From: Squalus acanthias
Lineage: Eukaryota
Reading direction: 5' to 3'
Assembly: GCA_030390025.1 (NCBI GenBank)
Contig: CM059433.1
Location: 1,922,001 to 1,986,000 of the forward strand
Length of the DNA: 64,000 bases
In this document: one piece after another, positions 51,601 to 58,034 of the stretch
Position numbering within the stretch: the first letter of the stretch is position 1
Layout of the letters: the number at the start of each line of letters is the position of its first letter
Notes under the pieces: generated by a model
Seen by the model: only the letters and a program-made list of their open reading frames with translations
Database searches by the model: none
Told to the model about the DNA's origin: nothing
Program-made: the position numbers and the translations under genes

Positions 51601-53313
51601 ATGTCTGAATCTCTCCAATCAGGTTTCCGCCCTTGCCACAGTACCGAAACAGCTCTCATCAAAGTCACAAATGACATCCTTTGTGACTGTGACAAAGGTA
51701 AACTATCCCTCCTCGTCCTTCTTGACTTGTCTGCAGCCTTTGACATGGTTGACCACTCCATCCTTCTCCAACGCCTCTCCACCGTCATCCAGCTGGGTGG
51801 GACTGCACTCACCTGACTCCATTCTTATCTATCGAATCGTAACCAGAGAATCACTTGCAACGGCTTCTCTTCCCACATCGTTACCTCTGGTGGCCCCCAA
51901 GGATCTATCCTTGGCCCCCTCCTATTTCTCATCTATATGCTGCACCTTGGCGACATCATCCGAAAACACAGCGTCAGTTTTCACATGTACGCTGACGACA
52001 CCCAGCTCTACCTCATTACCTCTTCTCTCGACCCCTCCACGGTGTCTAAATTGTCAGACTGCTTGTCCGACATACAGTTCTGGATGATAAAAAATTTTCT
52101 CCAATTAAATATTGGGAAGACCGAAGCTATTGTTTTCTGTCCTTGCCACAAACTCCTTTTCCTAGCCACTGACTCCATCCCTCTCCCTAACATCTGTCTG
52201 AGGCTAAACCACACTGTTCGCAACCTTGGTGTCATATTTGACCCTGAAATGAGCTTCTGACCACATATCCGCAGCATAACAAAGACCGCCTATTTCCACC
52301 TCCGGAATATCACCCGACTCCGCCCTTGCCTCAGCTCATCCGCTGCTGAAACCCTCATCCATGCCTTTGTTACCTCTAGACTTGACTATTCCAATGCACT
52401 CCTGGCTGGCCTCCCACATTCCACACTACGTAAACTTGAGGTCATCCAAAACTCGGCTGCCCGTGTCCTAACCGCACCAAGTCCCGTTCGCCCATCACCC
52501 TGTGCTCGCTGCCCTACATTGGCTCCCGGTTAAGCAAACCCTCGATTTCAAAATTCCCATCCTTGTTTTCAAATTCCTCCATGGCCTCGCCCCTCCCTAT
52601 CTCTGTAATCTCCTTCAGCCCCACAACCGCCCGAGATCTCTGCACTCCTCTAATTCTGCCCTCTTGAACATCCCTGATTATAATCGCTCAACCTTTGGTG
52701 GCCGTGCCTTCTGTTGCCTGAGCCCTAAGCTCTGGAATTCCCTGCCTAAACCTCTCCGCCTCACTACCTCTCTTTCCTCCTTTAAGATGCTCCTTAAAAC
52801 CTACCTCTTTGACCAAGCTTTTGGTCACCTGCCCTAATTTATCCTTATGTGGATCGGTGTCAAAAAACTTTGTCTTATAATACTCCTGTGCAGCGCCTTG
52901 GGACGTTTTACCACCTTAAAGGCGCTGTATAAATACAAGTTGTTGTTGTTGTTGTCTGGATTGAGAGCGGCGGGTCGGGGGAGGCGATGGACTTTTACCA
53001 CTTTTGTCAGGCATGAAAGACAACGGGGAGGAAAAAATGCCCGAGACCCCCTTTATAGTAATTTTAATGAAAGTAGCTGGTGGCGCCGGCCTGGGCCCGA
53101 GGGAGGTGGGGGCCGGGCTGGGGGTCCGGGCGGGGAGGAGGCGGAGAGCGGGAACGGGGAGAAGCGGGGCCTGGGCCGGGGAGACGCGGGGCCGGGGCCG
53201 GGGAGAAGCGGGGCCTGGGCCGGGGAGACGCGGGGCCTGGGCCTGGGCCTGGGCCTGGGCCGGGCCCGGGGGTTGGGGAGACGCGGCGGGACCTCACCTG
53301 AAAACGCCGCCAT
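10830..53313 (-). CDS. DDX1: ATP-dependent DEAD-box RNA helicase DDX1, whole gene span (26 coding exons, 2223 nt, 740 aa)
   Basis: Exons join in frame at GT-AG sites, from [22 protein letters not shown] to [11 protein letters not shown]. Motifs seen: AETGSGKT (I), SPRY insertion, PSRELA (Ia), TPGR (Ib), DEAD (II), SAT (III), ARGID (V), HRIGRVGR (VI). Recognised from recall of vertebrate DDX1. Confidence 0.98.
11643..11679 (-). ncRNA. Minimal hammerhead ribozyme motif, sense with DDX1 pre-mRNA (intron 25)
   Basis: Exact reverse complement of 12456-12492. Confidence 0.8.
12456..12492 (+). ncRNA. Minimal type I hammerhead ribozyme motif (Penelope pLTR)
   Basis: AGTT-CTGATGA-A-AGGTC(ATC)GACCT-GAAAC-GTC^-AACT: helix I AGTT/AACT, conserved core, 5-bp helix II, loop-less palindromic helix III. 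Confidence 0.8.
13536..14287. mobile_element. Older MITE, probably Harbinger-type
   Basis: Imperfect TIRs GACCTGGATTTTGCGG / CCGTGAAATCCGGGCC; flanks TAT and AAT; GC-rich ends around an AT-rich core. Confidence 0.62.
14780..15935 (+). mobile_element. CR1 fragment with internal deletion
   Basis: PWMT..AKREYE..NIKGNPK region joined to C-terminal [17 protein letters not shown] and the 3' UTR. Confidence 0.82.
16019..16139 (-). CDS. DDX1: DDX1 exon 25 ([40 protein letters not shown])
   Basis: TTCAAG| ... G|GTGAGT; 121 nt. Confidence 0.96.
16414..19385 (+). mobile_element. Second CR1-group LINE family (FADDCTVF type) split by a nested CR1 at 17393-18978
   Basis: [19 protein letters not shown] and [11 protein letters not shown] motifs; AAGC duplicated at 17389-17392 and 18979-18982; the unsplit junction is visible at 39631-39660. 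Confidence 0.88.
20070..20165 (-). CDS. DDX1: DDX1 exon 24 ([32 protein letters not shown])
   Basis: TTCTAG| ... CAG|GTACAT; 96 nt. Confidence 0.96.
20598..21483. mobile_element. MITE related to 6431-7184, PIF/Harbinger-type
   Basis: TIRs GGGGGAAAAATTCAG / CTGAATTTCTCCCCC; TSD ATT; first ~70 nt nearly identical to the 6431 element. Confidence 0.82.
20944..20972 (+). repeat. (GA)n microsatellite inside a MITE
   Basis: Read directly. Confidence 0.95.
22345..22387 (-). CDS. DDX1: DDX1 exon 23 ([15 protein letters not shown])
   Basis: TTTCAG| ... AAG|GTAATC; 43 nt. Confidence 0.96.
22500..22572 (-). CDS. DDX1: DDX1 exon 22 ([24 protein letters not shown])
   Basis: ATATAG| ... AG|GTAAGA; 73 nt. 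Confidence 0.96.
22651..22723 (-). CDS. DDX1: DDX1 exon 21 ([24 protein letters not shown])
   Basis: T8-GGAAAG| ... G|GTAAGT; 73 nt. Confidence 0.95.
24120..24211 (-). CDS. DDX1: DDX1 exon 20 ([31 protein letters not shown])
   Basis: TTTCAG| ... AAG|GTACTT; 92 nt. Confidence 0.96.
24300..24446 (-). CDS. DDX1: DDX1 exon 19 ([49 protein letters not shown])
   Basis: CTCCAG| ... G|GTGAGA; 147 nt. Confidence 0.97.
24660..27800. mobile_element. Cluster of CR1 fragments (+ strand 24660-25790; - strand 25895-27800)
   Basis: RT motifs in track ORFs at 25992, 26357, 26774 and 27092. Confidence 0.8.
24913..25569. mobile_element. MITE, Harbinger-type, inserted in a CR1
   Basis: TIRs GGCCCAGAAATTCCGTTC / GAACGGAATTTCTAGGCC; TSD ATT; removing it restores CR1 sequence AAGGATATATTGGCTTTGGAG. 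Confidence 0.85.
28549..28600 (-). CDS. DDX1: DDX1 exon 18 ([17 protein letters not shown])
   Basis: CCTCAG| ... G|GTCAGT; 52 nt. Confidence 0.96.
28889..29074 (-). CDS. DDX1: DDX1 exon 17 ([43 protein letters not shown]...LGRHIR)
   Basis: CCTAG| ... CGG|GTAAGA; 186 nt. Confidence 0.97.
29275..29692 (-). mobile_element. L2 3' fragment
   Basis: Near-identical reverse complement of 1545-1955. Confidence 0.88.
29934..30023 (-). CDS. DDX1: DDX1 exon 16 ([30 protein letters not shown])
   Basis: TTGTAG| ... CAG|GTATGA; 90 nt. Confidence 0.96.
30714..30812 (-). CDS. DDX1: DDX1 exon 15 ([33 protein letters not shown])
   Basis: CCACAG| ... GCT|GTAAGT; 99 nt. Confidence 0.97.
31360..31925 (-). mobile_element. 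CR1 3' fragment
   Basis: [28 protein letters not shown]. Confidence 0.85.
31977..32037 (-). CDS. DDX1: DDX1 exon 14 ([21 protein letters not shown])
   Basis: TTTTAG| ... GGA|GTAAGT; 61 nt. Confidence 0.96.
32265..32818 (-). mobile_element. CR1 3' fragment
   Basis: [28 protein letters not shown]. Confidence 0.85.
33522..33660 (-). CDS. DDX1: DDX1 exon 13 ([46 protein letters not shown])
   Basis: TTTCAG| ... AG|GTAGCT; 139 nt. Confidence 0.96.
34130..34880 (+). mobile_element. L2 3' fragments (younger copy inside an older one)
   Basis: [18 protein letters not shown]2 3' UTR. Confidence 0.8.
35719..36363 (-). mobile_element. CR1 3' fragment, same subfamily as 44747-46482
   Basis: ORF 35803-36354 nearly identical to the C-terminus of the 506-aa ORF; same 3' UTR. 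Confidence 0.9.
36731..36845 (-). CDS. DDX1: DDX1 exon 12 ([38 protein letters not shown])
   Basis: CCTAG| ... G|GTACGT; 115 nt. Confidence 0.96.
36928..37004 (-). CDS. DDX1: DDX1 exon 11 ([26 protein letters not shown])
   Basis: TTCCAG| ... AAG|GTAATT; 77 nt. Confidence 0.96.
37080..37658 (+). mobile_element. Penelope-like element 3' fragment (GIY-YIG tail plus pLTR) in DDX1 intron 10, antisense
   Basis: 37080-37250 closely matches 12010-12180; 9-bp TSD AGTAACAAT at 37071-37079 and 37659-37667. Confidence 0.88.
37526..37562 (+). ncRNA. Minimal hammerhead ribozyme motif
   Basis: AGTT-CTGACGA-A-GGGTC(ATC)GACCT-GAAAC-GTT-AACT. Confidence 0.75.
38075..38147 (-). CDS. DDX1: DDX1 exon 10 ([24 protein letters not shown])
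   Basis: ATTTAG| ... G|GTAAGT; 73 nt. Confidence 0.96.
38287..38363 (-). CDS. DDX1: DDX1 exon 9 ([26 protein letters not shown])
   Basis: AATAG| ... GAG|GTATGT; 77 nt. Confidence 0.96.
38768..38812. repeat. Perfect 19-bp inverted repeat with 7-nt loop
   Basis: GCTGCCGGCTCGATACCAA-CACTAAC-TTGGTATCGAGCCGGCAGC. Confidence 0.95.
38813..40105 (+). mobile_element. [12 protein letters not shown] LINE, 5'-truncated
   Basis: ORF 38993-39664 has RT motifs; colinear with 16540-17392 plus 18979-19385. Confidence 0.88.
40853..41866 (+). mobile_element. 5'-truncated CR1 LINE with open RT C-terminal frame
   Basis: [12 protein letters not shown]...FADDTK...LVRPHLEY...GIKGYG; the first ~33 codons of track ORF 40753 come from flanking DNA. 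Confidence 0.92.
42415..42715 (-). mobile_element. L2 3' fragment with an expanded (GA)n tract (~42567-42607)
   Basis: [14 protein letters not shown]. Confidence 0.8.
43420..43503 (-). CDS. DDX1: DDX1 exon 8 ([32 protein letters not shown])
   Basis: TGTAG| ... G|GTAAGT; 84 nt. Confidence 0.96.
44424..44507 (-). CDS. DDX1: DDX1 exon 7 ([28 protein letters not shown])
   Basis: poly-C tract CAG| ... G|GTAAGT; 84 nt. Confidence 0.96.
44747..46482 (-). mobile_element. Young 5'-truncated CR1 LINE with uninterrupted 506-aa RT/C-terminal frame (44827-46347)
   Basis: [34 protein letters not shown] and FADDTK motifs; TSD TTCATA (44741-44746, 46483-46488) inside an older CR1 3' end. Confidence 0.93.
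47572..47619 (-). CDS. DDX1: DDX1 exon 6 ([16 protein letters not shown])
   Basis: CCCCAG| ... G|GTAAGT; 48 nt. Confidence 0.96.
48139..48238 (-). CDS. DDX1: DDX1 exon 5 ([33 protein letters not shown])
   Basis: TTTTAG| ... G|GTAATG; 100 nt. Confidence 0.95.
48454..48483 (-). CDS. DDX1: DDX1 exon 4 ([10 protein letters not shown], Walker A)
   Basis: CTACAG| ... GGA|GTGAGT; 30 nt. Confidence 0.96.
48666..48729 (-). CDS. DDX1: DDX1 exon 3 ([22 protein letters not shown] motif)
   Basis: CATCAG| ... ATG|GTGGGT; 64 nt. Confidence 0.96.
49659..49710 (-). CDS. DDX1: DDX1 exon 2 ([17 protein letters not shown])
   Basis: TTTTTAG| ... CT|GTAAGT; 52 nt. Confidence 0.96.
50243..50930 (-). mobile_element. 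L2 3' fragment
   Basis: Reverse-complement similarity to 52270-52950. Confidence 0.85.
51255..52955 (+). mobile_element. L2-clade LINE, 5'-truncated (RT and 3' end) in DDX1 intron 1
   Basis: [41 protein letters not shown] and LHWLPV motifs; (GTT)n tail; several stop codons. Confidence 0.92.
53088..53290 (+). repeat. G-rich repeats at the start of DDX1 intron 1
   Basis: Duplicated GGGGAGAAGCGGGGCCTGGGCCGGGG(G)AGACGCGGGGCC followed by (GGGCCT)n. Confidence 0.9.
53298..53313 (-). CDS. DDX1: DDX1 exon 1 coding part (MAAFS)
   Basis: AAG ATG GCG GCG TTT TCA G|GTGAGG; 16 nt. Confidence 0.95.
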
Positions 53314-53574
53314 CTTGGCCACTGAGGGAGCAGCGAGTCTGCGCAGCTTCAGCCCAAATTATATATATTTTTTTACAAAGCGCCTCCGCTGCCTGGAGAT
53401 TCAGCCGCGATGACTGACGGAGCTCCGCCCGGCGCGCGCACACAGCAATGATTGGATCAATGGCCGGGGGATGAACACAATCCTGTCGCACCGGAGCCGC
53501 TCAGTGACGGACCGGGTGGGTGATTTCCGGTGTCCCACAGCCCAAGGCTCCCCGCGCCACTTCCGGTGGTGACG
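53314..53574. promoter_or_regulatory. Bidirectional DDX1/NBAS promoter and 5' UTRs inside a CpG island (~52960-53700)
   Basis: 261 nt between divergent ATGs; ETS/GABP-type ATTTCCGGT (53523-53531) and ACTTCCGGT (53559-53567); inverted CCAAT (53451-53455); YY1-type CAAGATGGCGGC over the DDX1 ATG (53306-53317, minus). Confidence 0.85.
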
Positions 53575-53655
53575 ATGGCGGCGGAGGAGGAGGAGGAGAA
53601 TGTCCTGTACGATCTGTTGGTCCACAGCGAGTGGCTGCAGGAGAGCGAGGCACCG
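53575..53655 (+). CDS. NBAS: NBAS (NRZ tethering complex subunit) exon 1: MAAEEEEENVLYDLLVHSEWLQESEAP
   Basis: The EEEN-(I/V)LYDLLV-x2-EW N-terminus matches vertebrate NBAS as I recall it; phase-0 donor CCG|GTGAGG; head-to-head position with DDX1 fits known NBAS-DDX1-MYCN synteny. Confidence 0.9.
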
Positions 53656-54074
53656 GTGAGGGGGAGAGGGGAGGCTGGGGGTGATGAATGGGGGAGTTGG
53701 GGGATCGGGTGTAGAGAGATGTCGGGGTGAGGGAGAGGTGAGGTGAGCCATGCACAGAAGGGTTGATTGGTGAGGCAATGGGTCAGATTCTGCTTTCAAA
53801 ATAACAGCGAGGCTAATGGCTCTCAGTTATTTTTGCACAAATGTGACAGCAACTTCAGATGCGTTTTAAATGCTAATATCCAAAAGTTGCTGAGTTGCAC
53901 CACTCTGCTGTTAGCTTTGTGAAAATGCCATCTGCTAGACTGTCTGCCTCACCATTGGAATGCATTGAATGGCGTGAAGTTTCTGTATTTGCGTGGTCCA
54001 TACCAACTAAACTCACCACAAAGTTAAAGACTTGTCATTTCAAGTCTAAGTACCTCTTTAACGAGGTGACGAAA

Positions 54075-54896
54075 TGTTGGAAACACTGAAGCCATTGTCT
54101 TCGGTCCCCACCACAATCTGCGTTTCCCTAGCCACTGACTCCATCCCTCTCTCTAACATCTGTCTGAGGCTGAACCAGACTGTTCGCAACCTTAGTGTTG
54201 TATTTGACCTCAAAATGAGCGTCCGACTACATATCCGCGCCATCACTAAGACCGCCTATTTCCACCTCCGGAACATCGCCCGACTCTGCCCTTGCCTCAG
54301 CTCATCTGCTGCTGAAACCCTCATCCATGCCTTTGATACCTCTAGACTTGATTATTACAACGCACTCCTGGCCGGCCTCTTACGTTTTACCTTCCGTAGA
54401 CTTGAGGTTATCGAAAACCCTGCTGCCCTTATCCTAACTCTCACCAAGTCCCATTCACCCATCACCCCTGAGCTCGCTGACCTACATTGGCTCCTGGTTA
54501 AGCAATGCCTCGATTTTAAAATTCCCATCCTTTTCAAATCCCTCCATGGCCTCGCCCCTCCTTATCTCTCTAATCTACTCCAACCCCACCCGTGAGATAT
54601 CTGCCCTCCTCTACAGCTCCTCTTCAGCATCCCTGATTTTAATCGCTTCACCATTGGTGGCCGTGCCTTCAGCTGCCTCGGCCCTAAGCTCTGGAACTCC
54701 CTCCCTAAACCTCTCCGCCTATCTACCTCTTTCCCCTTTAAGACGCTGCTTAAAACCTACCTCTTTGTCAAATACCCTAATAACTCCTTATGTGGCTTGG
54801 TGTCAAGTTTTGTTTTATAACACTCCTGTGATGCACCTTGGGACATTTTACTACGTTAAAAGTGCGATATAAATACAAATTGGTGTTGTTGTTGTT
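54075..54896 (+). mobile_element. L2 3' fragment in NBAS intron 1
   Basis: [20 protein letters not shown]; (GTT)n tail. Confidence 0.88.
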
Positions 54897-55082
54897 AGGT
54901 TTTCATTACTGCCAATCAAACTCTCTGGCATGGAAAATGCAGGACCAGACTTGGACCCAGAGTCAGATCTGTAATCAGAATAGCTAAACCAGAGTCGAGG
55001 CCCTGTACGGAGATCTGGCCAAGTGAAACTGCAATGTGTACTGTTACATATTCATGGTTGCCAACCATCCACTTTTTTCCAG

Positions 55083-55167
55083 ATCTCTGCGTCAACAACA
55101 ATACAGGGGGCTGAAAAAGCCAATGTCTCTGTGAAAAGTGGACGGTTGACAGCTGTGCCTTACCTAT
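55083..55167 (+). CDS. Possible NBAS exon 2 (ISASTTIQGAEKANVSVKSGRLTAVPYL)
   Basis: Strong acceptor ACTTTTTTCCAG, open phase-0 frame and GTGTGT donor in non-repeat DNA; no recognisable protein similarity. Confidence 0.22.
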
Positions 55168-56230
55168 GTGTGTATCTGCATATTCTCTGTCTGGCCTGTT
55201 TTAACTACCAGCTTTAAATTATCCATCCAAAGCCGTGTTTCAGGTGATGAGTAACGGTGGGGAAGAGTGAGAGAGCGTTTTGGCTGAGATGAGCAAAAAG
55301 CAACATTTCACAGAAAAACACTGAATTTTGGAATGTGATTCCAAAACACGAATAAAAATCCTGAAATCTAATGTAATATGTAGTTTAACTTATTTAGTTT
55401 CCTTGAAGCAGTGGACTTGAACACACGAGAAAGTACAAGAGAAAACTGACTGGTCCATTAAGTCTCTTCCATTTCAACACCCCATCACTTCATTATTTTA
55501 TAGTGCTCACTTAGGTCCCTTCAAAGCCTATGCTTTGCCACATTAAAAAGCCCCAATTTCCTAAACTTATCCTAATAACTAAGAGCCTATATAGTGGCTA
55601 ATTGGCCTTCCTTTGGACGTTTTCCAGGGCCTCGATAACCCCGTCCATGTGGAGGGACTAAAATTAGGCATACTATTAGGCGCAGCTGAAACAAGGCTTT
55701 ATACAAGGTAATTATTGTACTTCTAGTTTTATATTTAATTATCCTAGCTATACACTCGAAGAGCAGTACTGGCCTTGGGCCTTTGATGTTTCACGAACTA
55801 CAACCCTCGAGTCTTTCTCCCGCTCAGCAGTTGTGAGCGGGTAAACCCTGCCTAGTGTATACTTGCTCAGAACTAGCTTCAGCCCAAATGCATCATGCTG
55901 GAAAATTCTACATTGGAAGACATCTGCCACACATGGGGCCCATTCCCTGATGCATTTCGATCTGACAGCAAAGTATTTGTTTCATCTGAGCTCCTAACTC
56001 TCACGTGTATCTTCATGTTATTAGACACCTTGTTGACTGTTTACCTGATGCCTTCATCCAGCTCATTAATAAAGATCATAGACCTTTTTTCAGTACAGTT
56101 TTTCAATTGTATGTTTTTTTTTGAGTTGTCAGCTTGTTTTTTTGGATTGTGTAAGCTTTTTTGATATAATGAATCCCCCATTGCCCCAGATCATTATAGG
56201 TGCCATTTCAATGGCCAGCTCATTAATATA

Positions 56231-56655
56231 CAGGAAACTTTCGTTTATCCGGCACCCAAATATCCGGAATTCTCGCTTAACCGGCAAAAATCATCCTCCG
56301 AAAACTCCTCTCAAATAACCGGCAATGTTGCCGAGTTGCAGTCGAGTCCCCGCGAACGCCGAGTGCTCCGAAAAATCCTCTCAAATAACCGGCAATGTTG
56401 CCGATCCCGAGTCCGAGTCCGAGTCCGCGAACGCCGATTTAGTCAGTAGGGCTACTTTTCAAAAGTGCCACTACTCGGCCTCCTGGCGCTGTCGCAAGTC
56501 CGAAACATTGCAGTAGCAGGAGTAGATTCTCCCGCGCTGCTTGGAGTCTCTTTGTTAAAAATAGCCTCGGTAGATATAACTCTCTGTTATCCGGTACTTT
56601 CGATAAACCGGCACCACGCCGGTCCCGTCGATGCCGGATAAACGAAAGTTTCCTG
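56231..56655. mobile_element. Tc1/mariner-superfamily (Tigger/pogo-like) MITE
   Basis: Perfect 24-bp TIR CAGGAAACTTTCGTTTATCCGGCA with TA duplication on both sides. Confidence 0.9.
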
Positions 56656-57139
56656 TACTAATTTCCAAGGGAGACTGTACCTTTGTAAATTGACCCTTAA
56701 AGTCCCAACCTGAGTTCATAGCAGAAGCATGTTGTAGCCTAAAACACAATTCTTTCCAAGGTCAAAAAGCCAATAATCTAATAGTGACAAGGTAATTCTG
56801 GGATTTGGAGAGTGGGGGGACATAATTCATGAAATAAAGTTGAGTAGAGATGTGTTTCCCTCACTTCCTTTTCTCCCCCCACCCCCGTGAGTATGATGGA
56901 GAGGGTGGTGGGGGATGAGTAAGCCCGAGTGTGATTGAGGGGGAAGATGATTGTCAGTAGGCCGCTGAGTGAGGGTGAGACTGACTGACTCACTGTGGGA
57001 GAGTGAGCGAGGGAGAAGATAACTGAGTAATAAATGTTGATGGTTTCTGGTCTCGAGGGGATGCTTTGTAGTCAGAATCAGTGCCATCAACAACATGACT
57101 TGGGCTAATGTTAGAGGAAGGTTCTTATTTATGATTAGA

Positions 57140-57591
57140 TGTTCTATCTACTCCTCAAATCACGAATGTTCTTGAACATTGAGGCCAAGGGTCATGGATT
57201 TATTAAGCGTACAGTACACGCAATAGTACTTAAACTTAAAAGATCGTACTTACAACTACACTTGATGATGATTTGGTTGGGGAATCGAACTTTTTACAGT
57301 TCTGCGCTCCGTATCCTAGGCCTTTACAAATCCAGGTACTCATTACAAACTGCCACTTTTTATAGATTTTCATCCCGCCTAAGTGACAATCCACAAACTT
57401 TTGCATTACATGATTATACAAAAGTTAAAGTACAACTCCATACAAGGAGAATTTAATTGAACTTTTCCCTTATCAATTACTTCAGTTAATAAGCTGGTTT
57501 CCTTACATAACCAGCTTTTTTCAGTTGGGCTAATGAGATTTGTATAACTTCCTTACTTTGTTACCTTATCAATAGTTTCACTCTTGTTACA
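57140..57591 (-). mobile_element. Candidate solo LTR
   Basis: Minus strand begins TGTAAC and ends AGAACA, with TATAAAAAG followed ~155 nt later by AATAAA; 4-bp flanks TAGA and TATA. Confidence 0.4.
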
Positions 57592-58034
57592 TATAATTGC
57601 AATTCCACCAAGTGAAACCTTTAACTATTAGTCTTTCTTTGACTGGTACTGAATTATACAGAATCAATCTCCTGATTCTACAGAAACCCCAATTAAACGG
57701 GCTGATTTAAGCCGATATGTTTCCTTTCTACAGAGCTTATTGTTTTCCCTGGAACTATTAATGATTATAGAATCTTGAAATTTAAGAATCAGTATGCACT
57801 GGAACATCTTTTAATTCAGCCCCTCGTTACTTCATCCTGAAACAGACCATTGCTGTAGGGCCAGCCTTTGTTCAACACCTTGGGCACTACTTTAAATTTA
57901 CTTAACAAGCAAAGGCTAAAGGTGAATATTGCAATATAAAGATAAATCAATAGTAGTATAACATTAATAGACTTCAGAATAGTCTGATTAACCCTTACAC
58001 TGATTGCCAATACTTTGCAAGTGGTATATGATGG

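Noticed and set aside
10830..53313. Non-canonical or U12-type introns, or pseudogenisation of DDX1
   Set aside because: All 25 introns are GT-AG with no GTATCCTT-type donor; the joined frame is intact at 740 aa
52847..53799. Long Gly/Pro/Arg ORFs around the promoter
   Set aside because: CpG-island and repeat artefacts; only 53298-53313 (-) and 53575-53655 (+) are supported as coding
57139..57456. 105-aa ORF as an NBAS exon
   Set aside because: No resemblance to NBAS; lies within the candidate LTR
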